A stretch of 64,000 bases of DNA, from NCBI GenBank assembly GCA_028534125.1, contig CM052816.1, positions 69,628,001-69,692,000 on the forward strand, read 5' to 3'. Source of the DNA: Lama glama. Taxonomy: Eukaryota. Shown here in pieces: positions 11,850-25,071 of this stretch (positions within the stretch are counted from its first letter, which is position 1; the number at the start of each line of letters is the position of its first letter). A program made the position numbers and the translations under genes. The notes beneath the pieces are model-generated. The model searched no databases. It was not told the origin of the DNA and saw only the letters and a program-made list of their open reading frames with translations.

Positions 11850-14639
11850 ATACAGATATAAAATGTATAAAAATACAGATTTATACATTAGTAGGTTTTA
11901 TTGAGTCATTTGTAGTATTATAAAAGAATTATTGGTTTTGTAAAAGGCTTCACTTCAAATTTTCTTTAGGTATTGAAGTCCCAAATATATTTTAAGTTAC
12001 TTGATTTTGCTAAGTATTATCAAGACCATTTCTAAGGTATAAATTGATTCTAAAATTATCTTTCATAAGTCTCAGTCTGTGCAGTGTTCCACTTATTTCC
12101 TTGTTCTCCTTTTCTTTAAAAAGTATCCTCTTTTAAAAGGATGCTAGTCCATTTTACTTGGTTTCAGAAATCCCTGAAATCCACCAACATGCAACTTTCA
12201 TATACAACTTTAAGTTAAATTGCTTTGGGAAAATTAAAGACTGTTATGAAATTAAAATCTTATATACTCCTTCGTTCATCTGGGACAAAATGTCTCTGAA
12301 AGAGGACAAGAGAGCAAAGAAATGAGTACAAGATAAGGAAATCTAGTAAGTACATAGACACTTTTGAGATAAAGCTCTTATTCTTCTCATATCTTTATAT
12401 CTTATACCTTGATAACTGTCCTAATCTCATCTTGATTTTTGTTAATTAGAGAAGCTGAATTGTTAATCTTGATTGACAGTATGTCTATTAACATTTGTAT
12501 TTTTTGTGCTATTGGTTTTCAAAGTTTTGTCTCTCTATTTTTCGCAGACTCTTCTCTCAAATAGGCTGGGCTGGGGTACCATTTTAAAGGGAAATCAACC
12601 AAGAACTGGGAAAAATTAGTGGCTTGCCAGATGATACCCTAGAAGTGTAAAGCCCTACAGACCCTCAGAGGATCATGTCTTCCTAGCATCGAGTCCCTCC
12701 CTGGGAAACTTGTCCAGGGAGTTCAATGGGGCAGATCACCAGAGAAGGACACAAGGGGGCAAGTACAGGACAGCCATGTGCATCCTTTGGCCCATGTGCT
12801 GACCATATGAAACCTGCTTTGGGACTGGAAAATGCCTGACATGGCTAACCTAGAATATATCACTTTGCCCGTTCCTGGCACCATCCGTGTTTTTAATGTG
12901 CAGTAGGTGCTGTTGCACTGTTTGAACGTTGTTGCAGCTTGCTGACCTAGGGGAGCCTGAAGCAAAAAAAAAAAAGTTATCTGCTGCAGTTCTAAATCAA
13001 GTTTTAAGACAACAGAACAGTTTAATATCTGTAGCTGGAAGGGAACTGTTTGGAGCTGTGTAACTGGCAGGCAGGAGTGGAGCGCCTGAAGAAGAGATGA
13101 TTCTTGGACCAGTTTTGGACACAAACTGCACTAAACTAAAAGAAACCCAGGCAGACTCTTCTGTCTGGCTTCCCAGTAAAGTCAGAGGGGACAGTCCTGG
13201 CAGTACTATGGATTTGTACGCTGGGAGAGATATAAACAGCAAAACTCTCAGTCCTGTGGCTATAAAAAGAAATATTTTTTTATGATGTATTCGTTGTTTA
13301 AGAGCAGACTGTGAGTTTTGTTTAATGTTTATGCCTGCGCAGCTCAAAACCCAGAATTCTATCTGCTTGACTGCTTAAGCTCTTTCAGATGTTTTTATTG
13401 TGTAACATTTTTCTGCAGATTCTTCTTTTAATGTATGTGTTTTTTTTTTCTCACAATCTGTTAAAAGATCAGTTTTTGTGAATCTTGACACTGTGATGCT
13501 ATTTCATGGTTTTAATTTGAATGTGAGTTGTTGCAGCTGGAAGCATATGATTAATGGCACAGGCTTGTTTGTTGCAAAAACAGATGATATTTTACATGCA
13601 TTGGAAATTTGACTTGCTTACATTGTGCTGGACATAAAGTCACATTTTAATTCACTTTTGACTTCTGCCTGTAATTTGAATTACTCTTAAATATATAGGT
13701 GTATATCTCTGGTGATGTAAATGGCTACTGAAGTTATTTAAAGGATGGTTTGAAAAATTGCATAGTAACTATATGTTGTCCATGAGTTGACTGGCCAAGG
13801 TTTTTGGTGGTGGGGTGGGGGGTTTGTTTGTTTGTTTTTCCTGGGAAAATTGTTTTAAATCAGTGAGTCTGGGAATAAGCATTAAAAAAGAGGAGAAGGG
13901 TATGATTATAGAGTTTAGAAATTCATTCCTTTTGGTTGCCTATGTATTTTTATATACACTTAAAGTTCATCCACACGACAGAATGATGCTCTTGGTCTCC
14001 CCTTCCCTGCTGGCGTGTCGGAGAGAGTTCAACCTCATGAGACATGGGGGTCTCTTACACATGACCTGCCATCCCTGTGGGTTATGGGCACATTGGCTGC
14101 AATAGCCCTGGCCAGCCTTCTCAAGAGCAATGTCAGAAGAGTTGTGTACGCAATTTCCTTCAGAAATGAGTCTTGCAAATGATTTGAGGCCTGTTATGGC
14201 ATTCTCCTTTCCAGCTTTCATCTCATAAAACAACATGAAACCATACTTGTTAAATCAGGTGTCACTTAGTAAAACTTGTTACACCAGATAGGGATTGGCT
14301 CTTTTCAAATCCCCGAGGTGTGGCTATAGAGTCTCAAATTGAGGACTTAGACGGCTAGAAAGTCTGTGTTTCAGAAAGCATGTTTATATGCCCTACTTAA
14401 AGAGTTTCAGTTACTACCATTAATTATGATTTACTAAACTCTAACTTTCTGCTTCTTTGCACAGTGGACCCAGTTCAGCTTTGTGGAACCAAACTCAACA
14501 AATAATATGTCCTCCCTATGCAGTAATTCAGGAGCATGAAGCTGGCTGTCATACACTCTAAAAGATCATTTCTAAGCTAAATATCTTTCGTATCTTTAAC
14601 TGTTTACCACGTTAGATGGTCTCCAGGTCCATTACCATC

Positions 14640-15790
14640 CTGGTATTATTCTTCTGGACAAGTTTTAAATTGTGGATGGTCCCTTGTAAAACATGTATAC
14701 AGAGGCGCCATGCTCGCGATACGGTCTGACCAGTAACACTCTCATCTCTCTCCTGTTGGGCACCATATTTCTCTCAAAGCCACCAAAACCCACCACAGCA
14801 CCCCCATTGTCTCATACTGAATATGCTGTCAAAACACCCAGCTGTCTTAAGTCAGGTCTCTTCTGTTTTTAACGCATAGTCGACTTTTTTGTTAATTCCA
14901 AGTTCCAGACATTACTTATATCTCTATTAAATTTCACTGTATAAGCACTGGCTCATTGTTCCAACATGTCAAGAACTTTTTCTTTTTTATTCTGTCATCC
15001 AATATATTAGCAATTTCTTTCAGCTTTGTACCATCTGTAAATCTTGAAATGATACCTTCAAAGATTTTATTCAATTAAAATTTATAAACATGTATCAAAT
15101 TGTCTACTCTGTGCCAGTCTCTTGCTCCCTGCAAGGGATAACACGATGACTAGAATGTAATCATTCCTTCAGGGAGCTCACAAGCTATAGGGAGTAATAG
15201 ACATGCAATTATCTAACTATAATGTAGTGTGATAATTGCTATAATGGAGTTATGTGTAAAGTACTGTGAGAACCAAGGTTGGTTGCAAATCATAGAAGAC
15301 CCAACCCCTTCCATGTTGGTGCAGATCCATGAATTTTGAGGTGTGGCTGTTAAATCACTTATGATGCTGCCTAACTACTATCATTGAATTTACTTTTCTC
15401 TTTCTTTCTTGACCAAGGATACAACAAGAGACTTGTTAAATATTTTGTTGAGATGGTTTCATACTATGGTATTCCCAAAATGTACCAACCTGGCAAGCCA
15501 GCCCAGAAGGAACTGAGGATTATTTTGAAAGGCTTATTTTTAGTGATGCCATAATGATTCACTATGATCCCATTTTTAAAGCTGGTGTTCTATTTGCCTA
15601 TCTCTAATCTTCTGGTAACTTCCCCATTCTCCATCATTGCATAGCAATGCTGGGAGTAGTTTCATGATCATATCTGGGTTTTTCTGCTATTTTGGTATGT
15701 AATCTGTCTGAATCTGGAGACTTGAATTAACTTACAGATGCTTGATGCACCCTTTCCTGTCTTCACATTTCCCTTTCTCTTGAGTCTTTT
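14640..15790 (-). mobile_element. L3/CR1 remnant with an internal L2 fragment (~15060-15280)
   Basis: Has CR1 antisense motifs tttcagctttgtaccatctgtaaat and caagagacttgttaaatattttgttgag. The L2-like insert reads tgtatcaaattgtctactctgtgccag. Confidence 0.6.
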
Positions 15791-16529
15791 CAGATTGAAA
15801 ATCATTCTTTTCCTACCCTTTGTTTTTGTTTGGTTTTTTGCTTGTGTGTTGTTTAATATTTTTGCAAGTATAAATTCATTTTAGCCTTTAATCGTCTTTC
15901 CCCTTCTCATAGTTTCATCCTTCCTTTATCTTCCTCTTTAAGATGACTGATCATGGACTGGTTTTTCTCCTCCTCCTCCAACTGTTATATTGAAATCCTA
16001 AAGTCTAGCATAATTCACTATTTTCTGGTATTATGATCTCTAGGATAACATATCAGCCATTTCTTCTTTGATGGTCACAGTTAAGTCCAAAGACGTGAAC
16101 TCATTGTTCTTGCATCTTTTTTTATTGCCAACTGAATAAGGTAAAAATTTATCATAACTGAGGACTTTATAGCAGCCATGTGTTTAATGGCACCTGGCTC
16201 TGATAGCATGACTGATAATAGGAACATACTTGCTACCAAGACTGGACAAGTATTTGGAGATGAACAGTGCTTGTATGGTACTGCCAACATTTGCCATTCT
16301 GTCTCTCCTAGGGATTCTAACCTACTCCTTTCTTACTGACTCATTTTCCCCAGTACATTTGTCAGTGCTAATTCAATCTGATTTCTGGATAATCTGGACT
16401 CTTTAATATGGTGTGACAATTTCTAATGATTAATAGTAAAATAATTTAACTCTGTTTCTCTGTCCTTGGTAGACATTTCCTGTATCTATGTTGTCCTATG
16501 TATTTTGGCATAGATCTGACACCTATAGT

Positions 16530-17350
16530 ATATGTGTATATCTATCCTGATTTTTTAAACAGCACTTATTTTTATTAAGTGTATAAATATTTCTTTAGAT
16601 AAGATATTAAATAGAAAATTCAATATCAAAATATTTCTATTAGAGATGCATTCTAAATGTTATTGCATCTTTCTACTGTTGCATGTTGTCATTTAGACTT
16701 TTTTAGGCAGTTTGATAAATGAAAAATGGTACCATATAATTTATTTGCACTTTTCAATAACTGAGATTAAAATTCATGTCTGTATCTGCTTTTTAATTTT
16801 CTCTACTTAGCATTTTGGCATTAAAAATATAGCTATTTTTATATACTGGTTATTCCAGGTGAATTTTCGGGTTGAAAGATTCCCCTGAGATTTCGATTGG
16901 CAATGCATTAAGCTCATTAGTAAATTTGGAAAGAATTGAAATATTTATTATGTTTAATCTTCTCTTCTAGAAACATGATATGATGCTTCATTTATACAAA
17001 CGTGTGTGTGTGTATGAGAGAAAAAGAGATTCATAGACATTGTGGGATTTTTTTCCATATAAGCATATTTTATTATTGCATGGATTTTTTTTTTACATTT
17101 TGTTTTTTAATGTGATAGTAAAAGGATATTTTAAAACACTTTAATTTTGTTTCTAATCACCTTATGGAACCATATATTCTGAATTTTCCAGTTGATTCTC
17201 TAGGGTTTGTAGGTATGCAGTCATCATCTGCAAATAATGGCTACTCTGTGTCCTTTCCATTGGTTGGTAGACCGTTTATATCAGTTTTCTGCCTTATTTT
17301 ATTGGCTAGAACTTTAAGAATGATGCTAAATAATTCTGGTGATAGTGGAG
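16530..17350 (-). mobile_element. Ancient L1M ORF2 remnant
   Basis: Antisense L1 motifs gattggcaatgcattaagctcattagtaaatttggaaagaattga and gtcatcatctgcaaataatgg...ttggctagaactttaagaatgatgctaaataattctggtgatagtgg. Confidence 0.8.
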
Positions 17351-19029
17351 TCACATTAATTTTTATATCCTTTGCGCCTAGCATAGTACTTGACACAAAG
17401 AAGGTATTCAGAAAATGTGTGCTGGAGTGAATTTACTTGAATATAGCTGTCAAAGAGCTTTAAAATTCTAGTTAGTAAACTAAAAACTGTGTGTGTAAAT
17501 AATAATAGTATAAAATAAAAAGTTACACATGACATTAAAAACTACAGATAATAAACTACTCTGGCTGTTGGGTGGAAAAAATGATTATGCGCAAATGCAG
17601 CAAAAGAACTGGTTGTGGTGCAGGTGGCATTTAATGCATGACTTAGGAATCAATTATACTTGGAGATCTAAAGATAGGGAGAAAGGAGATTCCCAGAAGA
17701 GGAAAACGTCATTAGCAGAGATAGTAGCATTTGGGAAACATGGTAGATTTAAGGCAAAAACATGAGCAGTGCATTTTGGCTACTGTAAAGTTCCCATAAA
17801 TGGTATGGAAGAATTCAAGATTAGGAAGGTCAGTTGGGTCAGACCATCAGGAGCCTTGAATGACAGGATAAGCTCTTTTTCACCAATGCTCCCCAAGGTG
17901 TTTCACATCAGACTTGTGGGAAATGATGATATTTTTATGGCATATTGGAATAAACAGCAACTGTGTACTGATAGAGATGATGACAAAAAATGGAAGGATT
18001 ATGCCCCAAGCCTCACTAGACACCAGTGGCTACAGTATTTCAGCACATCTGTCGTTCTTCTGAGGGACATCTATGTTAAGAAGAAGGTAGGATTTTTATC
18101 AAGGCAAATTTTCTCTCTCAGATTTCAGTTTAAAGATGTTTTGAGCTTTATGCCAAGCACACCGCCATCTCCCCTCCTTCTCTTCTCCCCTCCACACACA
18201 CAGACTGTTGACAGCTACCAGATATGTTTCCAGTTCCCAATTCAAGTATCCAGACTCCTATTCATTTACTTTTCCTTCAGAACTGTGGCTTTGAATTGTA
18301 AGAAGAGATGACCATCTACCCATGTCCCAGGTTCCTTAATTCCTACTCAGATTGTGATTTACCAAAGATGAATTCTAGATTTTTCTGTGTATTGTTACGC
18401 TTGTTTTATCTGACTTGCTTTTGATCTTGTGATGCTTTTGAAGAATAACTAAAATCTTGGTACTAATGCAGCTGAATTTTGACATGAAAATCTCTCAAGA
18501 TTACCTATCATCCCCCAGTAAGTAAACATATTATCTCTGATAATTCTTTCAGAAAACTAGTATATGACTCTGGAACAATAATTAATCAAATTATTTTACT
18601 TTCAATCTGAAAGAGATATTGTAGAATGTAAACAAAATTACCTTAACAGATAATTTTTCTGTAAAAAGGACTTCCCTTGATTAAAGAAACAAGTTTAAAA
18701 TACCACACACAGTACCATAATATGACAATGTTAACATCTTCATCAGCTGTTGCATTAACAGTGAGGTTACTTCTCAGAGCACTTGCTTTGTCTCTCTTGA
18801 CAATTAACCAGTTACATTAATTGAGAGTATAAAAACTGATTTTGATCTAATACTTTTAGACATTTTAATACTAATAATGGGTTAAAAGCCTTACAATTTG
18901 ATTTTAAGACTTAGAAATTCTTCTATGTTATACCTCTCACTGTAGCATATCACTCGGACCTTTTGGAGACAGCTGAAGCTGTCCTTTTATTGCTAAAGTA
19001 TCATTTTTGAACAGCTGGATATTTGATAT

Positions 19030-19291
19030 AAAAGATTTGTTAATTTCTTTTAGATGTAATGATGGCATTTTGATTATGTTTTCAGAAAGAATCCTTATCT
19101 TTGAGAGATGTATGTTAAATTATTTATAGACGGAATTATTAAAATATCTGAAATATGCTTCAAAATAATACAAAGGAGGAATTGGGATGAGGCTGGACTA
19201 GACAGAACTGATGATTGTCAAGGCTGAGAGATGGTGTTCATCATACTTTTCTGATTCCTGGGATATGTTTCAAATTCTCCATAATAGTAAA
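19030..19291 (+). mobile_element. L1MC/L1ME 3' end fragment
   Basis: Runs gatgtaatgatggcattttgattatgtttt...atccttatctttgagagatgtatgttaaa...atatgcttcaaaataata. Confidence 0.7.
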
Positions 19292-20414
19292 TGAAAGTAT
19301 TAGGAGTATAATTTATCACTTGATGAGCATCAGAAACCCTGCAGTACTGTCAAGGGGCCGAGTGGCTATTCCATGCTGCATTAAATCTGAACTGCTATGC
19401 TTTTTGTTTCTGTTTTTGGCTTTTTTTTCCCCTTCATGGTTGTCGATCTCTTCTTCTCTCTTTTTCTTTTTAAATTTCTTAATTTTTTGATTTAGTCTCT
19501 TTTGTAGCTATTCCTCTTTGCTACTGTCCACGTTCCTGTCTCTGGTGGGTTCTATCTCTTCTCCATCTCCTGCGTAATGATTTACTACTTCTAATATGCT
19601 CTGAGTAGGGAGCCAAGAAATGAAGTGTGATCACATATTTTTTCCTAGGCAAGATTTCTGTGTGGACCTGAGGGACTTTTTAGAGTGTTAAGCATATGAG
19701 CTTTAAGATGTTAATTTGAGGACATTTCTGTTGGCTCCCCCATGGCTCAGAGTTTTTAGTTGTGTTCTGGATGGTTGAGGCATCATATAAATGTTTAAAT
19801 ATTTTAAGTACATTGTACAGACAGTCATATGTCTTGAGGCTGCAGGGAGGGGTTTTGTTTTGTTTTTAGTGCAATGAAAATGACATTTGGAAACAAAATT
19901 ATTTTATTGATATCTCACTGAAAAGAAATTTAACTTTCCAATTTTTATTATTAAAGAATCAGAAGAGTAAACATGCTCTTATGGGAAATACGCATGTTGC
20001 TAAGAAGTAAGTTAAAGCCTAAATAACATAGTATCGTAAAGATATTATCAACTCAGTGACCTGTTGGACTGTGAGCTCATGAGTCAGGCAGGGGCCACGT
20101 CCAGTTAATTTACCACTGTATTGCTGTTGTTCAGGGCTGAGTCTGGAACATAGAATTCACTCAATAAATATTTGTTAGTTGGTTGAGTAAATGAGTAGTA
20201 TAAATCAGATGACTATTTTTAATTCAGCCCATGAATTGAATGAAGACTATATACGTTTTCTTACATTAGCTCACTGAAATAGCCAGAACAATTAGTCTTG
20301 AAACAGTGCAGAGAACTGTCAACCTAGAGTATCATAAAGAGTTGGACATGTAAAAATACATGCATTGTTGCAAATGTCCTAACCTTGAAGGGATAGGCAG
20401 GTGTCTACTCAATC

Positions 20415-20465
20415 TTCTCCCTGACTGCAAATTCATTTCTAACTTTGCATTAGTTATCTATTACT
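20415..20465 (+). repeat. 51-bp dispersed direct repeat; second copy at 21270-21320
   Basis: ttctccctg(a/g)ctgcaaattcatttctaactttg(ca/tg)ttagttatctattact, 48 of 51 bases identical. Confidence 0.92.
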
Positions 20466-21300
20466 ACAAAGAATGGAGAAGGTGATTTCGTAAAAAATGA
20501 AATTAAAGAAGCCATCACAATGTGGTGATGTTTGGGTTTAGACTTGAAATGTGCTTTGGGTTTTTCTAGGTATGCCATTGATGGGGCAGAGGAAAATGCA
20601 CGGTGGCGTTTCAGAGTGTCCAGGAGCTTGGCATTTACTGGGGGGTAGATGTGGGTGATTGACGACTGGCCATTAGGAACAAGGGATAAGGGGTTAAGAA
20701 TGACTCTTAAGTTTCTTAGTTAGTTTGGTTGGCCGCCAGTCCCCAGACAGGGAACCCAGGAAGCTGGTTTGGAAAAGAATGCATGGTGAAAATGACTTCA
20801 TCTGAGAACAAGTTGAGTTTAAAATACCTGGGAAACATATAGAAAGGAATACATGATAGACTATAAGAAATAAGAGTATTAGTGCTTAGGCGAAAATTAG
20901 GTGAGAGCATTTAACTGACCATTTTCACGATACAGTGTGAGTAAAGACATTCCAAAGGAGGATGTGGAAAGTGAGAAGAAAGAATTCTGGGAAATACCAG
21001 CAGAGGTAATTCTAAATCAGAGATATGTGTCCTCTGAAGGCAGAGGCCATGTCTTTTTCATTTTATTGTCTGTGTAGCCCAGCACAGCGCAGCACATAAC
21101 AGTAGTAAGCCCTCAGAGAAGGTTTTTTTTTTTAATGTTACCTTTGAAAGAAGCATTTTGAGACTGTAGTAGGTACTATTTACTAGAGCAATAGTGAGTT
21201 GCAGGTAAGACCTAGGGTGAGTTATTAACTTTTTCTCCCCTTTAGTTCATTGTTCCACATTTTGCAGTGTTCTCCCTGGCTGCAAATTCATTTCTAACTT

Positions 21301-21944
21301 TGTGTTAGTTATCTATTACTGTGTAACAATTTACTATAGAGACATAAAAAATAAAACAACACTTTTCTTTTGTATGTTAAACATAGAATTACCATATAAC
21401 CCAGCAATTCCACTCCTAGGTATATACTCAAAAGAATTGAAAAACAGGTGTTCAAACAGAAGTTTGTGTGTCAGAATTCATATCAGCTCTATTCACAGTA
21501 GCCAAATCGTAGGAACAACCAAAATGTCCAATAGCAGGTGAATGGATAAACAAAATGTGTACAGTGGAATATTAGCCATAAAAGAATCGCCTTCTAAGCT
21601 AGAATTGTTGGCAGATTTTGGTTCCTGGGACATGGTTAGACTGAAGGCCTCAGTTCCTGGCCAGAGAATGTCCTCAGTTCCCTGCCACTTGTGCCTCTTC
21701 AGCATGGCAGTTTGTTTCACAGAAATATCCAAACCAAGAAGGCAGTAGAGCTAATCTGCTATTAAGACAGAAGTTACAGTGTTTTGTAACCTAATGATGG
21801 AAGTGACATTTGATCACCTTCACCACATTCTGTAGGTTGGAAGTGACGCGGTAGAACGGCCCACACTCAGAGAGAGATTACACAAAAGTGGCAGTACCAG
21901 AAGGTGGGGACCATTGGAGACCATCCTGGAGGCTGCCTGCCACA
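21301..21944 (-). mobile_element. MLT1 (ERVL-MaLR, MLT1F-like) solo LTR interrupted by an L1 fragment
   Basis: Termini are tgtgttagttatctattactgtgtaacaa and ...ggaccattggagaccatcctggaggctgcctgccaca. Internal motif taacctaatgatggaagtgacat. Confidence 0.8.
21370..21590 (+). mobile_element. L1MB-like fragment (end of ORF2)
   Basis: Runs ttaaacatagaattaccatataacccagcaattccactcctaggtatatactcaaaagaattgaaaa and translates LNIELPYNPAIPLLGIYSKELK, the L1 ORF2 C-terminal motif. Confidence 0.88.
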
Positions 21945-23047
21945 GAAGTTAAGGGGTTATCATTAATGTTCCTGCGAGGCTTTGGCTGTTTACATTGGGA
22001 CAACCATATGCTTTTGCTGACAGAATTCTCCTCATGTAAATCCAAAAATTATTTATTGAGTAGCTGTGACTCCATTATGGCAAGTATAAAGAAAGAGGAA
22101 ATGTGGTTCCTGGCTTTATGGAAATGTAAAATATAGGTCATTTCTCTTAATGCTTCCTGTTGTTGTACAGAAACAATTGCTTGGACATTCATTATTCACA
22201 AAGATGCGTGAACCTTAGATTAATTTGTGTACTAAGACTGTGTGCACATATTTGATGAAATGACCTGATTCTTGGCATTTTAGAGCAAGACCATCATTTT
22301 CCTAATTAAGGAAGAGAGAAATCTTGAAGGATACAAACCAAAGAATCAAGGTGAGGTGGATAGTATCTTTTGCTTTCCTAACTTAAAAAAAAAAAAAAGA
22401 CTTAGCCATTTTTTGTAGGAGAAATTATTCAGAGTAGTAACAGACCTATTATAAAAATGTTGAAAATAAGTTTTTTTTAAGGACCCTAATCCTGATCTGA
22501 CCCTGTCAGATAGGCATACTTTATTCATATCTACCTTTTAATTGTTTTCACTTAATCTGGATTAAGAAGGGCATGAAAGGAGTGAGGTATCCTCATTAGT
22601 CAACTATGAAAATAAGTCTCAACCTAATATCAGAGCTTTAAGGAAACCCCACATTGTGGGACCCTTCTGGAGACCTAATACATATTTCTTTTCATTTAGT
22701 CTATTCTCAGGCAAATACAGTCTTTTAACTATCCCAATCTAAATAAAACAGTAGTAGGCTTAGGATCATTTAAAGTACACTCTCTCTTTTCTTTTAAGTG
22801 TGTTCTTCATGGGAAACTTTATTTAGAAATGAAACGCTTGACCTCAGGCAACGTTTCAAACTCTGTCTTCTCTTTGGCTAGTGCACTGATTTCTAATCTT
22901 CTTAGGCCGAAACACTCTATTTTGTGGAATCCTCTGTTCCCATACACACTTACATTTTATAGTTAATTAAAATTAATTTCATTTTGAGAACTCCACTTGC
23001 CTCTTGAGATAATTGGAGACATCCCATAGCATCAAAGATGGAAGGCT

Positions 23048-23175
23048 GGGGGTAGGGTATAGTTCAGTGGTAGAGTGTGTCCTTAGCATGCACGAGGTCC
23101 TGGGTTCAATCTTCAGTACCTTCATTGATAAACAAACAGACAAACAAACCTAATCCCCCCCACACACACACACAC
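23048..23175 (+). mobile_element. Camelid tRNA-derived SINE (vic-1/ALPINE-like) with (CA)n tail
   Basis: Has A box (TAGTTCAGTGG), B box (GGTTCAATC) and the AAACCTAAT tail motif. TSD aaagatggaaggctgg lies at 23034-23049 and 23176-23191. Confidence 0.92.
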
Positions 23176-24609
23176 AAAGATGGAAGGCTGGCCATGATTG
23201 ATTTGGAAATAGTTACATGTGAAGAAATCTGTTTAATAGTATATAGGATGTGATTATACTGTTTTAATATATTGTAATAGTGTGAAAAAGGAGGTCTTAT
23301 GACCTTCAGATAACATTATAATGATTCATTCCCCTAGCTTTGATTATAGAGACCATTTGTTTGAAATTGCCTTAAATAGAGTGAGCCTGTCACCACCATC
23401 CCCTTTACAAGGGCAGTTGGAAGCGCAGGGGGATGCTTACTTCCAAGAACAGACAAAAATGGACTGCCTGACTTCAGAAAGAAGCTCACAGAGAAGAGTA
23501 TTTCAGACAAGAATTATGAAGGGAGGGAAGGGGGGTGTTTTAAGTAAAATGAAGATAGGAGACTGCTTATACTCAATTCCATGGGCAGATAACCTACCTA
23601 TTCATTCTTTCATTCACTTATTCATTGACTTAATCAGCAAATACTGAGTACTGGCCCTGGACCAGAGTCTGCACACACCCCTCAAGACACAGAAGTGAAC
23701 CCACTAGTCAAGGAGGACCTTGCAGACTTCTGGCACAGTTGATTAGTAGAACTCTGGCTACAGTACCTGGTGAAATTAGTATCTTTACATAAAAGCTATG
23801 AAAAAACTGAGAAAGTGGGTTATAAAAAGTTGTAAGAATTCCTAAGAACCCCTTTTGTCCTTAGATGTGTTTGCTTCTCTCCGATTCGTAATCCAACTCC
23901 ATTTTATTTAAAAGGAGTCTCTCGCCAGAGAAACAGGTGAAAAGAGCACTTGCCCATGAATGGCAGCCCCTCCCTTTCCCATGCTCCCTGAGCGCTCACT
24001 GGTAACCATGTGAGCCGCTGAAAAGTAGGCCGATTTTTTGATCGTCTGTGCTTTTATAACAAAAGCGAGGGATATGTGCAGTGTAATACTAGCTTTGTGT
24101 GTATGTGTTTGTATTCCATAGGTCAGCCTTGTAGACAGCATCAACTCTTTGACATGACATCAGTTTGTGTTGGTGATCACTTCGGGTTTTTTCATGTAAA
24201 ATATATGAGAATGTCACCTTAATGTTAAATTGATTAATAACACTATTGCTCTAAAAATCTATCTGAAGACCTCTGTACTGAAGGAACGTGCATTTTCATC
24301 TGAACAGGAGACACCTCTTCTTTGGTGTCAGGGATGAGAAATCTGGACAGCAGTAGGGGAGGAAGAAATTGAGGAATGTATAGCACCAGAGGCTGCAGAG
24401 GGGCAGGATAGAGAAGAAAGTTACCAGGAGAGAAAAAAGTGTCCACCCTAAATAGAAACTGGCTTTATTTTTATAACATTGGCTATATTGGCAGTGCAGA
24501 GGGATCTGTTATTCTCCTTTGCTGTTCCTTTCAGCACCTGGTAGAATTCTACTTCCTGGCCTTAGAACTCAGATTAGTTCTGTGGTTCAGTGGTGGCCAA
24601 ATAGTAATA

Positions 24610-24850
24610 ACAATAATAAGAACATAATAGTTAATACTTGATGAACATTTGGAATATTCCAAGCACCATGCCAAACAAGGTATTTAATCTCTACAATCCT
24701 ATGAGGTACCTATTATTTCCTCCCTTTCATTGAAAAGGAAATCGAGGCTTAGACAAGTAATCTGATTATCCAAGGTCACTAAGATGACATATGGCAGAAC
24801 AAGGTTTCAGACCCAGTGAATCTGGCTTCAGAGGCTATGCTATTAATCAC
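24610..24850 (-). mobile_element. MIR SINE
   Basis: Runs acaatcctatgaggtacctattatttcc...ggaaatcgaggcttagacaagtaa...ccaaggtcac. Confidence 0.8.
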
Positions 24851-25071
24851 TGTCAGCTCTGTCTCAGAGCTAGCCTGATTCTCAGGACTGAACCCAACTC
24901 CAGTGCATTGCCTTGTTTTCAAGGAAAATTGTGAACCAAAATTCTGAAAAATTTGAAACCTTCTGAAAATTTTGAAACATATCTGATCCCTAAGCTGACA
25001 GCTGCTCATATTTATTTATGGTTTGTAAAGTACACTGACTTGTCAAAGTACGTAATTCAAATCATAGTGTA

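Noticed and set aside
12540..12890. GC-richer patch that might be an old transposon or an exon
   Set aside because: I could not assign a family or a convincing splice/ORF structure by eye.
17769..18311. Longest ORF in the track (180 aa)
   Set aside because: It has a GTG start, overlaps an L2 remnant, and shows no recognisable domain. Consistent with chance.
21302..21541. ORF containing IELPYNPAIPLLGIY
   Set aside because: It is a short dead L1 ORF2 C-terminal fragment, not a gene.
23048..23125. Possible tRNA gene (A and B boxes); same for 2042, 46757 and 55630
   Set aside because: These are SINE heads: they carry a shared non-tRNA tail, A-rich ends and TSDs.
24942..24978. Tandem ttctgaaaa(a/t)tttgaaac duplication
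   Set aside because: A short local slippage product, possibly within a decayed DNA-transposon end. Not enough to assign.
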